Below are positions 1 to 9,367 of a stretch of 20,000 nt of DNA, in pieces; position 1 is the first letter of the stretch, and every line of letters starts with the position of its first letter. The notes under the pieces were generated by a model. The model searched no databases, was not told where the DNA came from, and saw only the letters and a list, made by a program, of their open reading frames with translations. The stretch is from an uncultured virus (IMG/VR IMGVR_UViG_3300027336_000062) (taxonomy: Duplodnaviria > Heunggongvirae > Uroviricota > Caudoviricetes). The DNA is taken from the IMG/VR virus record IMGVR_UViG_3300027336_000062. One strand, 5' to 3'. The position numbers and the translations under genes are program-made.

Positions 1-2706
1 GCTCTGGAGTCTACGACCCGAGCAGCGGCAATCCAGAACGAAGCAGATGCAAGAGCAACGGCTCTTTTGAATGAGGCTTCTGCCAGGTCTTCTGGTTTGT
101 CTGCTTTGCAGACTCAGATCAACACGCTTCAGGCTGCGTCTTCTGGAGACTTTTCAGAGCTGCTGTCTGTGCTGCAGACAGAGCAGACAGCACGTATTGC
201 TGGAGATCTTGCTGAATCGACATCCAGAGAGACTCTGGCTGTTCAGTTGCGTGGCGACTATCTAGGAAACAACCCAGCCGAGTTGTCGACAGGTTTGTTG
301 TTTGCTGAGCGCCAGGCTCGCATCGCGGCAGATGAAGTGGTGGTGAGTTCAATCACTGCGCTGAGTGCCACGGTCAGCACCAACGCTGCTGCACTGACTA
401 CGGAATCGACTACTCGAGCCAACGCTGATACGGCGCTTTCGAACCAGTTCACTACTCTGAGTGCACAGGTCAACAACGCTACGACTGGTCTGCCTGCCAC
501 TCGAGCTACGCTGCTGAACAGCTACTACACCAAAACAGCGACCGACTCTGCGATCTCTGCTGCCACATTGAACTTGGTTTCCAGCACTGGTTTGGCTACG
601 GTTCTGGCCAGCTATCCGACCACAGCTTCGTTGACCCAGAACTACTACACCAAGTCTGCGACCGATGCTGCCATCAGCAGTGCAACGACAACGCTGACAA
701 GCACCTTCAATACAAGCCTTGGTTTGTATGTGCCAACGGCGACACTGACGAACAACTACTACACGAAGACGGCAACGGATCTGGCTATCTCGACAGCCTC
801 GACTACGTTGTCTTCCGCGTTTGATGTGAAGCTTGGGCTGTACACGCCGACGGCAACGCTGACGAACCTGTACTACACCAAGACTCAGGCCGACAGTGCG
901 ATCAGTGCAGCAACCCAGAACCTTGTTTCGACAACTGCTCTGAACACTGCGTTGACGGGCTACACGACAACTGCTGTTCTCAACACCAACTACTACACCA
1001 AGACTGCTGCAAACAGTGCGATCTCTGCAGCTGTTCAGAACTTGGTTTCGACTACGGCGTTGAACACTGCGCTCAGCAGCTATCCAACGACTGCCACGCT
1101 GACCACGAACTACTACACCAAGACGGCTGTAGATTCAGCGATCAGCTCTGCGACTCAGAGCCTGGTCTCGAACGCCGGTTTGGCAACCACGCTGGCTGCG
1201 TACCCTACGACAGCGACGCTGACCAACAGCTACTTCACCCAGGCGCAGACCAACTCTGCGATCAGTCTGGCAACCCAGAACCTGGTGTCGAACACAGGAC
1301 TGGCTACGACTTTGGGCGGGTATGTCACCAACGCCACGTTGACGACGAACCACTACACAAAGACCCAGACCGATTCTGCGATCAGCAGTGCGACAACTAC
1401 CTTGGTGTCGAACGCTGGCTTAAACACAGCCTTGGGTGCGTACACGACAACCTCTGCGCTGCAGACAAACTACTACACCAAGGCCCAAGCCAACACAGCA
1501 ATCAGTGCTGCGATCACGACTTCCCAAACAACGCTGAACGGGAACATCGCTTCGGCTCAGTCCACGCTGCAGACCAACATCAACACGGTCGATGGCAAGG
1601 TCACTTCGATCGGTGCTCGATACACAGCGGTGGTGTCAGCCAACGGTTTGGTTGGTGGCTTCGGGGTCTACAACAACGGCACCGTGATTCAGGCTGGTTT
1701 TGATGTCAATGAGTTCTGGGTAGGCTCAAGCCAATCGAACAAGCGCAAGCCGTTCATCATCAGTGATGGCATCACCTACATCGATGACGCTGCGATCAAC
1801 AAGCTGACCTTCACCAAGCTGCGGGATGAGTCTGGCTCTGTGCTGATCGAGAACGGCAAGATCAAAGCCAACTACTTGCAGGTTACTTCGATCAGCGGAG
1901 GTAACTACACTGGGTACGCTTGGCCTTCCAGCGGCACAGGCTTTCATCTTGGTCCTAGTGGTTTGCTATTGGGCAGGTACTCTGCAACCGATCCGACCAG
2001 CGGGTACTTCCAGTTCGACACCGCCACCAAAGCCATTTACATGAATGGTATGAGTATTGTGAACGGCCAGATTGCTTTCTCTGGCACGGTGATCAATACC
2101 GACAACATCAACAACGAGTCGGTCAACATCTTCAAGTTGGCTCGTGGTGCTGCGCTTCCGGATTACGTACGTACCTACAAAGGAGGCTCAACTCCTGGAG
2201 TGACTGTCAATGGTTGGTTGCCTTTGCAGTTGGATGCAGCAGCTTTGAACAACAAATTAGGTGCGGTTGATTACGACGCCTATCGTATTTTGTTACCTGC
2301 AGGCACTTACTTTTACGAGCTGTCAGTCCCAGTAAAGTGTGATGGTAGTGATACCAATGATGCTGCTTACACTGCCATCCTAGTAAATCCGCCAGGAACA
2401 TCTGCTGGTTCTACGCAAACTGTGTGCGGTGAGGTAAATGTGGGAGGATGGAAAGACCCTCAGTATGTGTACACATGCTGGGAGGAATACACCCCAACAA
2501 ACTTTACTGTCCTCAGTACTGCAGGCGTAAACGTATTAGGTGACTGGCAAACTGGAACTATTTTTGGTGTCGGTCGATTTACAGTCAACGGGTCGACTTA
2601 CATTTCTGCTGCTGTAAAAACTACGGACGGCGGTCCTGCACTTCGAGTTGTGGCTCGAAACGGGTATTCGACTACGATTCTTCGTATCTGGCGTGACGCT
2701 ACATAA
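1..2706 (+). CDS. Tail tip / host-specificity fibre protein (5'-truncated by window); Thr/Ala-rich repeats, DUF1983/J-like domain, divergent C-terminal domain
   Basis: Frame 1 is open from base 1 to TAA at 2706. Coiled-coil 'EQTARIAGD/ERQARIAAD' segments, nine 'NYYTK' repeats, then 'ARYTAVVSANGLVGGFGVYNNG...KPFIISDGITYIDDAAI', typical of DUF1983 tail-tip proteins. A tail assembly chaperone follows. Confidence 0.8.
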   Translation, partial: ALESTTRAAAIQNEADARATALLNEASARSSGLSALQTQINTLQAASSGDFSELLSVLQTEQTARIAGDLAESTSRETLAVQLRGDYLGNNPAELSTGLLFAERQARIAADEVVVSSITALSATVSTNAAALTTESTTRANADTALSNQFTTLSAQVNNATTGLPATRATLLNSYYTKTATDSAISAATLNLVSSTGLATVLASYPTTASLTQNYYTKSATDAAISSATTTLTSTFNTSLGLYVPTATLTNNYYTKTATDLAISTASTTLSSAFDVKLGLYTPTATLTNLYYTKTQADSAISAATQNLVSTTALNTALTGYTTTAVLNTNYYTKTAANSAISAAVQNLVSTTALNTALSSYPTTATLTTNYYTKTAVDSAISSATQSLVSNAGLATTLAAYPTTATLTNSYFTQAQTNSAISLATQNLVSNTGLATTLGGYVTNATLTTNHYTKTQTDSAISSATTTLVSNAGLNTALGAYTTTSALQTNYYTKAQANTAISAAITTSQTTLNGNIASAQSTLQTNINTVDGKVTSIGARYTAVVSANGLVGGFGVYNNGTVIQAGFDVNEFWVGSSQSNKRKPFIISDGITYIDDAAINKLTFTKLRDESGSVLIENGKIKANYLQVTSISGGNYTGYAWPSSGTGFHLGPSGLLLGRYSATDPTSGYFQFDTATKAIYMNGMSIVNGQIAFSGTVINTDNINNESVNIFKLARGAALPDYVRTYKGGSTPGVTVNGWLPLQLDAAALNNKLGAVDYDAYRILLPAGTYFYELSVPVKCDGSDTNDAAYTAILVNPPGTSAGSTQTVCGEVNVGGWKDPQYVYTCWEEYTPTNFTVLSTAGVNVLGDWQTGTIFGVGRFTVNGSTYISAAVKTTDGGPALRVVARNGYSTTILRIWRDAT
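496..1530 (+). repeat. Nine degenerate intragenic tandem repeats of 114-120 nt (38-40 aa)
   Basis: The YYTK-type motif starts at 523, 643, 757, 871, 991, 1111, 1231, 1351 and 1471. Consensus is roughly YPTTATLTxNYYTKTxxDSAISAATxNLVSxTxLxTxLxx. Confidence 0.92.
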
Positions 2707-2715
2707 GGACTTGCA

Positions 2716-3141
2716 ATGTTTTCAATCTACGATTTGTTTACGGGAGAGATCAAAAGGGTCTCTGAAACAGCCAACCCAAGCCACGGAGAAGGCTTTGTTG
2801 AGGGGGAATACAGTTCAGCAACGCACTACGTCAAAAAAGGTGTGGTGCTTGAATTGCCTGCAAAGCTTGCCAATGAGCCTGTCTTTGACTACTTACTAGA
2901 ACGATGGGTAGAGGTTGCAAACTTGGACACCCGCAGATTGTTGATGCAGCGGGGGAAGCTCTTGTCTGATTCCGACTGGACTCAGATGCCAGATGTCAAT
3001 TTGGCAAACAAAGCAGAGTGGGCTGCATACAGGCAAGCCTTGAGAGACATGACGTTGCAGCCTGGCTACCCAGTGAACGTGGTTTGGCCTGTCAAGCCTG
3101 AACCAATAAGGTCTCAGGTCTTTGATGTGGGGAGCATGTAA
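2716..3141 (+). CDS. Phage tail (fibre) assembly chaperone
   Basis: C-terminal motif 'RGKLLSDSDWTQMPD...WAAYRQALRDMTLQPGYPVNVVWPVKP'. AAGGA RBS. Lies directly after the fibre gene. Confidence 0.88.
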   Translation: MFSIYDLFTGEIKRVSETANPSHGEGFVEGEYSSATHYVKKGVVLELPAKLANEPVFDYLLERWVEVANLDTRRLLMQRGKLLSDSDWTQMPDVNLANKAEWAAYRQALRDMTLQPGYPVNVVWPVKPEPIRSQVFDVGSM

Positions 3142-3611
3142 TGTACTCGTTTGAAAAACAAGACCTGAATGGCTTTGTAATACATAAGTCTTACCAGCAG
3201 ATGGGTGACAAACACCACAAGAGGTTTGGGGTTGGTGTAACTCCTTTGAACCAAGGCACCTTGAACGTGTATATCCAAGGACAGTTCAAACTCAAATGTG
3301 CTGGCTTTGAGCAAGTGCTCAATGCTGGCCAGACAAGTTTGGAAGTTGCTTTGGAAACTTATCCTGCAGGTCAGGTGTTTGAAGAAGAGGTGCTGAGTGA
3401 TACTGGCACCCGCTTTTGCATTGGTTGCAAGCAAAAGGGAACTTGGTACAGAGCCAAGATTGATGTGACACCAGAAACCCCTGTGACAGGTCCAGGCTTG
3501 ATGGTGGTTTTGTCTGGGGAAATCGGGGGACAAGGTGTTGGAAGCTGCTTTGTCTTGAATGAAAACGAAGTGGGTATTGGCACTGGCACGGTAATTCGCT
3601 GCTGGGTATAA
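3141..3611 (+). CDS. Hypothetical protein, predicted beta-rich (possibly degenerate cupin-like)
   Basis: 156-aa ORF coupled to the upstream gene by a TAATG overlap. The fold is a guess from the residue pattern. Confidence 0.7.
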   Translation: MYSFEKQDLNGFVIHKSYQQMGDKHHKRFGVGVTPLNQGTLNVYIQGQFKLKCAGFEQVLNAGQTSLEVALETYPAGQVFEEEVLSDTGTRFCIGCKQKGTWYRAKIDVTPETPVTGPGLMVVLSGEIGGQGVGSCFVLNENEVGIGTGTVIRCWV

Positions 3612-3661
3612 CCAAGTTTCCTATGGTCTAATACGGACCTATCAACGGATGTCTGACTGAA

Positions 3662-3719
3662 GCAGGAACTTCCGACACGCAAATCTTGGATGCTATGCAT
3701 CCATAGTCGGAGATCCTGC
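3662..3719 (+). promoter_or_regulatory. Long imperfect stem-loop that sequesters the putative RBS of the gene at 3723
   Basis: Nested pairings: GCAGGA 3662-3667 with TCCTGC 3714-3719; TTCCGAC 3670-3676 with GTCGGAG 3706-3712; TGGATGC 3687-3693 with GCATCCA 3697-3703. GGAG at 3709-3712 lies in the stem. Confidence 0.55.
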
Positions 3720-3722
3720 AAG

Positions 3723-4058
3723 ATGACTGAACGAATCAAGCTGGTTCGAGGCGATACAGCTCCACAAATTCGCCTCACGCTGACTGATGAAGTCAGCACC
3801 ACCCCCATCAATTTAACGGGCGCTACGGTCACTCTGCACTTCCGTGCAGTCGGTGCTGACACCGTGCTGTTCTCCCGTCCGGCATTCATCAACCAGGACA
3901 TTGCTGCCACAGGTGTCTGTGTCATCTCCTGGGAAGAGGATGACTTGGATGTGGAGGCGGGTGATTACGAGGGCGAGATCGAGATCGTCAGGGCTGGTGG
4001 TGGCCGTGAAACGATCTACGACATCCTCAAGTTCCGAGTGCGAGAAGACTTCGCATGA
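3723..4058 (+). CDS. BppU N-terminal-like (baseplate/adaptor) virion protein
   Basis: 'IKLVRGDTAPQIRLTLTD...PINLTGATVTLHFR...AGDYEGEIEI' pattern. ATG 3723 with upstream GGAG is preferred over 3690. Confidence 0.72.
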   Translation: MTERIKLVRGDTAPQIRLTLTDEVSTTPINLTGATVTLHFRAVGADTVLFSRPAFINQDIAATGVCVISWEEDDLDVEAGDYEGEIEIVRAGGGRETIYDILKFRVREDFA

Positions 4059-5188
4059 GCTTTCGAGGGGTAGCCAATGCCGTCCGCGTCGCAGCCGTCA
4101 GGCTGAGCGCGGATGTTTCAGTTCGTCCTCTGAGTACCGTTCTGGTAGCTCGAGACGAACGCATTGCTGCCTCTTACACCGCCAGCAACATCCTGGCTGG
4201 GATTGTCCCGGCACACACCCATGCAGCGATTTCCGTATCGGCCGCTCAGCTGGCCTACGACCTGGGCGTCTGGCTGACTCACCTGAGGTATCAAGACAGC
4301 TTTGGTGCCATGGACAAGGCACTGTTCTCGTTCTTCAAGACCAAGACTGAAAACCTGCAGCTGGCTGAGGATGTCACGGCCCAGTTCTACAAGAACCTCA
4401 GTGAAACCCTTGGCTTGACGGACAAGCAGATCTTCTTGGTCTTCAAGAAGCTGGTTGATGAGGCTGGTGTTGAAGAGCTGTACCAGATGCGTTTTGCACG
4501 CAGCCGCTTTGAGCAGGCTGGTGCCACGGATGCCTATCAGCACATCCTGAACAAACAACCAAAAGAGACTGCCGGTGTACGAGATCTCCAAGGGTTTACC
4601 CTATACAAAGGCTTCAGTGAAGCCGGAGCAGTAGCTGAGAGCTCGCTCAGGGTTTTCACCAAGAACAACAACGACTTTGCAAGATTGCTTGATCAACGAC
4701 AGAAAAGCTTTTCAAAGTCGCTCAAAGACTTTTTGAATGCTACTGATGACGTTGACGGTGCTGCTTCAATCTTAGATGACCAGGAAATTCAGTTCATCAA
4801 ACAGCGTACCGATCTTGGTTCGGTATCTGATTCGTTTGCGTTTGCAATGTCCTACGTCCGTGCCTATGAGGACAGCTACAAAGCTCTGGACAAGATCATC
4901 TTTGGTTTTGGAAAGACGTTGCTCGAGACGAGCAGGTTTTCTGATTCAAAGAGCTTTGTATTCAGCAAGAAGCTGGCTGATTCATTTGGTTCAAGGGATG
5001 TGTTGGCCAAGGCAATGGCTCGACCTATAACCGATAATGCGCGTGCTGTGGATCTGAAGGCATTTGCCCTCAGTAAAGCACGAACGGATGCGGCCACATT
5101 GTCCGACAGTGGTTCGTTGAGAAGTCAAGGTTACTGTGATTTCTCTTACTTCTCAGAAGATTACGTCGGCACCTTCAGAACTTTCTAA
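4055..5188 (+). CDS. Probable virion structural protein with ~19-aa degenerate repeats
   Basis: 377 aa, ATGA overlap with the previous gene. Recurrent 'FxKxLxD/ExxxxxD' units. Located within the tail cluster. Confidence 0.7.
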   Translation: MSFRGVANAVRVAAVRLSADVSVRPLSTVLVARDERIAASYTASNILAGIVPAHTHAAISVSAAQLAYDLGVWLTHLRYQDSFGAMDKALFSFFKTKTENLQLAEDVTAQFYKNLSETLGLTDKQIFLVFKKLVDEAGVEELYQMRFARSRFEQAGATDAYQHILNKQPKETAGVRDLQGFTLYKGFSEAGAVAESSLRVFTKNNNDFARLLDQRQKSFSKSLKDFLNATDDVDGAASILDDQEIQFIKQRTDLGSVSDSFAFAMSYVRAYEDSYKALDKIIFGFGKTLLETSRFSDSKSFVFSKKLADSFGSRDVLAKAMARPITDNARAVDLKAFALSKARTDAATLSDSGSLRSQGYCDFSYFSEDYVGTFRTF

Positions 5189-5200
5189 AAGGAAAACATC

Positions 5201-5659
5201 ATGATCAATGACAACCTCAAACTCTCTGGTGCCTTGAGCATCGTTTTGACTGACAAGGACGGCAACGTCAAGGATTCCCGCGAGGTGAAAAACCTGGTGG
5301 TGAATGCTGGCTTGGCCTACATCATCAGCCGCATGGTTGGTACAGCCAAAGCTGTGGTGAGCCACATGGCTCTTGGTGCTGGTACGAGTGCTGCAGCGGC
5401 TTCTCAGACCGATTTGGTGTCGATGCTGGGCTCCCGTGAGCCATTGGACAGCACCACGATCACAGGCACCAACCTGGAGAAGGTCCAGTACATCTCGACC
5501 TTTGAACCAGGTGATGCCACAGGTGCTGTGACTGAAGCAGGTTTGTTTAACGCTGCTTCGGGTGGCGACATGCTGTGCCGCACGGTGTTCCCTGTCGTGA
5601 ACAAGGCTGCTGACGATCAAATGGCCATCACTTGGACCATCACTCTGAGCGCTATTTAA
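5201..5659 (+). CDS. Virion structural protein (tail collar / fibre attachment-like)
   Basis: 'KNLVVNAGLAYIISRM...HMALGAG...GAVTEAGLFNAASGGDMLCRTVFPVVNK' is a pattern common in phage structural proteins. AAGGA RBS. Confidence 0.75.
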   Translation: MINDNLKLSGALSIVLTDKDGNVKDSREVKNLVVNAGLAYIISRMVGTAKAVVSHMALGAGTSAAAASQTDLVSMLGSREPLDSTTITGTNLEKVQYISTFEPGDATGAVTEAGLFNAASGGDMLCRTVFPVVNKAADDQMAITWTITLSAI

Positions 5660-5671
5660 TAAGGAGCTCAA

Positions 5672-8600
5672 ATGGTGGCGATTACTCTTCGCGCCGACCT
5701 TACTCGTGGTCTGACTAACGAGGAGATCGACGCCAATATGACAAACCTCAAGGCGGCAGCGGAAGCTGCTGCTTTGACGGCTTCTTGGGCAGGTGTCACT
5801 GGCAAGCCAGCAACGCTGGCTGGCTATGGCATTACTGATGCTCAGCCTGTCGATGCTGATCTGACTGCCATTGCAGCCCTTGCTGGTACGTCTGGCTTTT
5901 TGAAGAAGACTGCCGCCAACACTTGGGCTTTGGATACCAGTACCTATTTGACTGGCATCACATCAGGTCAGGTGACTACGGCTCTGGGCTTTACCCCGTA
6001 CAACGCTACGAACCCGAACGGGTACATCACAAGCAGCGCCAGCATCTCCGGCACGTCGGCTGCGGTGAACTACACAGACACTAGAACGATTTCTCCCTCA
6101 TCGCATGGAGCAAACAGGCTCACGTTTGGCTTCACAAGCTGGAGCAACAACAACACTTCGCCTTGGGCTGACTACCTGCATCTGCGCGGCTACACGGACG
6201 CCACGGGTGGAAGTGACAACCTGCTGATGTTCCGCAAGGATGGGCTTGGCATTCGCGTATGGCAGCAATCCTTTGGCTCCGCAACGGCCTACTCCACGTT
6301 TAAAGATGTTGCGTGGACTGATGGCACGAACGCCTCCGGTACGTGGGGTATCAACGTCACCGGCTCGGCGGCCACACTGACCACGGGCCGCACTATCGCT
6401 ATGACTGGCGATGTGACCTACACCAGCGGCAGCTTCAATGGCTCAGCGAACGTCACAGGTACTGCAACGCTGGCAGCATCTGGGGTCACAGCAGGAACCT
6501 ACGGCAGCTCGACAAACATTCCTCAGTTGACTGTTGATGCAAAAGGCCGAGTAACTGCGGTTTCCAACGTCGCAGTCAGCATCCCATCGGGATCGCTGAC
6601 ATTTACTGGAGACGTTACTGGCACGGGCACCACTGGTTCAAGTACAGCCTTGACTCTGGCGAACTCTGGAGTGACCGCAGGAACCTACACCAAGGTGACG
6701 GTCGATGCCAAAGGCCGGGTGACCACTGGTGCTGCTCTTGCGGCTGGCGATGTGCCCACCCTGAACCAGAGCACCACCGGTAATGCAGGGAGCGTTACCA
6801 ACGGTGTTTACACAACTGGTGAACAAACAATTACTGCCCGCAAGATCTTTTCTACGACCAACAGTGCTATTGCAAGTGCAAGTGGAGATCTTTCAACCTT
6901 AGAAGTACGCTCTACCAGCACCGGGGCGGCTTTTATGGCCTTCCATCGCCCCACTCTTTATGCGGCTTACTTTGGCCTCGACAGTGACAACGTGTGGAAG
7001 GTGGGCGGCTGGTCGATGGGGGCCAACTCTTACCCGATTCTCCACTCCAACAACTACAACACCTACGCACCAACGCTGACAGGCACAGGTGCATCTGGTA
7101 CATGGAGCATCAACGTCACCGGAAATGCTGGGTCGGCGACGACTGCTGCGAGAGCAAGCGCAACCACTGTTCCTGCATCAACTGCTTTTACTAAATGGTT
7201 GTTTGCTACCACGAGCACTTCTGGGACTCTGGACTGGAACCACGTATCCAATACAAACCCTGGGGTTGGGGAAACGCTTCTGCTTGGGACGGCTACTAAC
7301 GGACCTGGCGGAAGCAATTATTACCACCCATTCAACATTGAGTATTCAGGAATCAGTGGTGTCGGTAACGTCACTCAGATGGCGGTCGCTTACGGCAACG
7401 TCGGCAATGAGTTGTACATGCGTGGCCGATTTGGCGGCACATGGACGGGGTGGTCTCGGTATCTGAATAGCAGCAACTACAACTCGTACAGCCCAACTCT
7501 TACCGGCACTGGTGCTTCGGGGACTTGGGGTATCTCAGTCAGTGGAAGCGCTGGCTCAGTCTCTGGCGGTGCGGTAAGCGCAAGCTCCGTTTACAACTCG
7601 GGCATGTGGTACACATTCCCGGACGCCAATCGAGACGCCAACAACGCCGTCTGGTCTCCAAGCGCCGTTACTCGTGGCGTGGCTTACTTCTTTGGCACCG
7701 CATCGAGCGTCGGCACAGGTGGCAACTACGCCGGTGTGATGCAGTTCAACCCTTGGATTGGTACAACAGCAAGCACCGGTGATGCTTCATATCAACTGGC
7801 TTTTGGTAGCACAGCGGCCAACGGCGGGGGCGTGCCTCAACTCAGGATTCGCAAGGGTATCGACACCACCTGGAACAGCTGGTACGACCTTCTGACATCG
7901 GCCAACTACAGCACCTACGCACTGCCATTGACTGGCGGCGCTCTCAGTGGGGTGCTTACCATCAACAGCACCAGCGATAATCAGTTGCTGCTCCAGTCTA
8001 CGGACTCGTGGACTGGTATTGGTTTCAATGACTCGGCTGTTTTAAACACAGAATACATCTGGCACAACGGAACTAATGGTACGTTTGCGATTGGTGGAGG
8101 TGGCGCAAACGTCGCTGGTAAGAAGTTGCACGTTCATGGCGGCATGACAGTTGGAGCAGGATACGCCACAACTGGCAATCCGACCAACGGCTTGAACGTC
8201 GAAGGTGCGATTCAGCAAGCTGGCAATCAAGTCCTTCACGCTGGCAACCACACAAGCTACAGCCCATCTCTCACTGGTACTGGTGCAAGCGGGTCTTGGG
8301 GCATAAGCGTCACTGGTTCTGCTGCGACACTGACCACAGCTCGCACGATCAACGGCGTGAGCTTCAACGGCAGTGCCAACATCACAGTCGCCGATTCGAC
8401 CAAGCTGCCTCTTGCTGGTGGAACGCTGACAGGCGCTCTCACGATCCAGTCAGCAGCACCGATCCTGAACTTCTTCGAGAGCGATCAGACTCTCCCCGCT
8501 GGTCGTCGCCGATTTGTGCAGGACGGAAACGCGTTCTCACTGCGCCGGAATACTGCGGCAGGTGGCGATTTTTCCACCGAGGTTTACGACCTCAACGTGG

Positions 8601-8950
8601 ATGCCTCCGGGAACTTCACTGCACTCGGCAACGTCACAGCCTACTCCGATGAGCGCCTGAAGCGGGACTGGGCTCCAGTTGCTTCTGACTTCGTTGCTCG
8701 CCTGGCAACCCTCAAGAGCGGAACCTACACCCGTATTGACAGCGGAGAGCGTCAAGCGGGTTCGTCTGCTCAAGACTGGCAGAAGCTCTTGCCTGAGGTG
8801 GTAGCCAGCAAAGACGAAACAGGCATCCTTGGTTTGGCCTATGGCAACGCAGCCCTTGTCTCAGCCATCGAGCTGGCCAAAGACAATCTCGAGCTGCGTG
8901 CTCGCATCGAGCGCCTCGAAGCTGCACTGAGCAAGCTGATCGGAGACTGA
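5672..8950 (+). CDS. Long modular tail fibre with C-terminal intramolecular chaperone (peptidase S74-like)
   Basis: 1092 aa, Gly/Thr/Ser-rich. Fibre motifs 'GKPATLAGYGITDA', 'VTAGTYTKVTVDAKGRVT' and 'TARTINGVSFNGSANIT'. 'GNVTAYSDERLK' autocleavage motif followed by a terminal coiled coil. AAGGAG RBS. Confidence 0.92.
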   Translation: MVAITLRADLTRGLTNEEIDANMTNLKAAAEAAALTASWAGVTGKPATLAGYGITDAQPVDADLTAIAALAGTSGFLKKTAANTWALDTSTYLTGITSGQVTTALGFTPYNATNPNGYITSSASISGTSAAVNYTDTRTISPSSHGANRLTFGFTSWSNNNTSPWADYLHLRGYTDATGGSDNLLMFRKDGLGIRVWQQSFGSATAYSTFKDVAWTDGTNASGTWGINVTGSAATLTTGRTIAMTGDVTYTSGSFNGSANVTGTATLAASGVTAGTYGSSTNIPQLTVDAKGRVTAVSNVAVSIPSGSLTFTGDVTGTGTTGSSTALTLANSGVTAGTYTKVTVDAKGRVTTGAALAAGDVPTLNQSTTGNAGSVTNGVYTTGEQTITARKIFSTTNSAIASASGDLSTLEVRSTSTGAAFMAFHRPTLYAAYFGLDSDNVWKVGGWSMGANSYPILHSNNYNTYAPTLTGTGASGTWSINVTGNAGSATTAARASATTVPASTAFTKWLFATTSTSGTLDWNHVSNTNPGVGETLLLGTATNGPGGSNYYHPFNIEYSGISGVGNVTQMAVAYGNVGNELYMRGRFGGTWTGWSRYLNSSNYNSYSPTLTGTGASGTWGISVSGSAGSVSGGAVSASSVYNSGMWYTFPDANRDANNAVWSPSAVTRGVAYFFGTASSVGTGGNYAGVMQFNPWIGTTASTGDASYQLAFGSTAANGGGVPQLRIRKGIDTTWNSWYDLLTSANYSTYALPLTGGALSGVLTINSTSDNQLLLQSTDSWTGIGFNDSAVLNTEYIWHNGTNGTFAIGGGGANVAGKKLHVHGGMTVGAGYATTGNPTNGLNVEGAIQQAGNQVLHAGNHTSYSPSLTGTGASGSWGISVTGSAATLTTARTINGVSFNGSANITVADSTKLPLAGGTLTGALTIQSAAPILNFFESDQTLPAGRRRFVQDGNAFSLRRNTAAGGDFSTEVYDLNVDASGNFTALGNVTAYSDERLKRDWAPVASDFVARLATLKSGTYTRIDSGERQAGSSAQDWQKLLPEVVASKDETGILGLAYGNAALVSAIELAKDNLELRARIERLEAALSKLIGD

Positions 8951-8951
8951 G

Positions 8952-9356
8952 ATGGCACTACCAGCAACAGGTGCCATTTCAATGTCTCAGATCAACACTG
9001 AGCTTGGCAGGTCTGCAACTGCAGCTCTGAGCATGAACGACGTTCAGTGCCGAAGCCTTGCAGGCAACGGCACCACGATTGCCTCAGGTGCAAGCTGGAG
9101 CCTTGGAACAATTCGTGGTCGGCAGTGGAAAAGGTACAGCTTGGTTAGCACGATCTTTTACTGGGTTGAGTTTGGCTCAGGAGGCGGTCAAGTTGTATAT
9201 GACGGCGCAACGCGAGGGTCTTTTGTGGGCGCTGCTCCTTCTAGCTTCACCACTGGTGGCTACACATATTACAGGGGGAATTTTATGTATACCGAGACTG
9301 TAACTGTGGGCTACTACAGCGACACCAACTCTTATTATGAAATCTCTCGAGCTTGA
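8952..9356 (+). CDS. Small fibre-tip adhesin-like protein (gp38-analogous)
   Basis: N-terminus 'MALPATGAISMSQINTELGRS...SLGTIRGR' is a pattern seen in genes following chaperone-bearing fibres. The C-terminal half is Gly/Tyr-rich. Confidence 0.6.
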   Translation: MALPATGAISMSQINTELGRSATAALSMNDVQCRSLAGNGTTIASGASWSLGTIRGRQWKRYSLVSTIFYWVEFGSGGGQVVYDGATRGSFVGAAPSSFTTGGYTYYRGNFMYTETVTVGYYSDTNSYYEISRA

Positions 9357-9367
9357 AAGACAAACCA

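Noticed and set aside
496..1530. CRISPR array
   Set aside because: The repeats are in-frame, degenerate at third codon positions, and lack unique spacers. No cas genes are present.
3650..3722. Hammerhead ribozyme or N4 virion-RNAP hairpin promoter
   Set aside because: CTGACTGA does not fit CUGANGA and no GAAA follows the stem. The 3-nt loop (TAT/ATA) does not match the purine-loop N4 promoter hairpin.
1..9356. Diversity-generating retroelement or invertible tail-fibre shufflon
   Set aside because: No reverse transcriptase or invertase in the window, no adenine-specific TR/VR pair noticed, and no inverted fibre cassettes.
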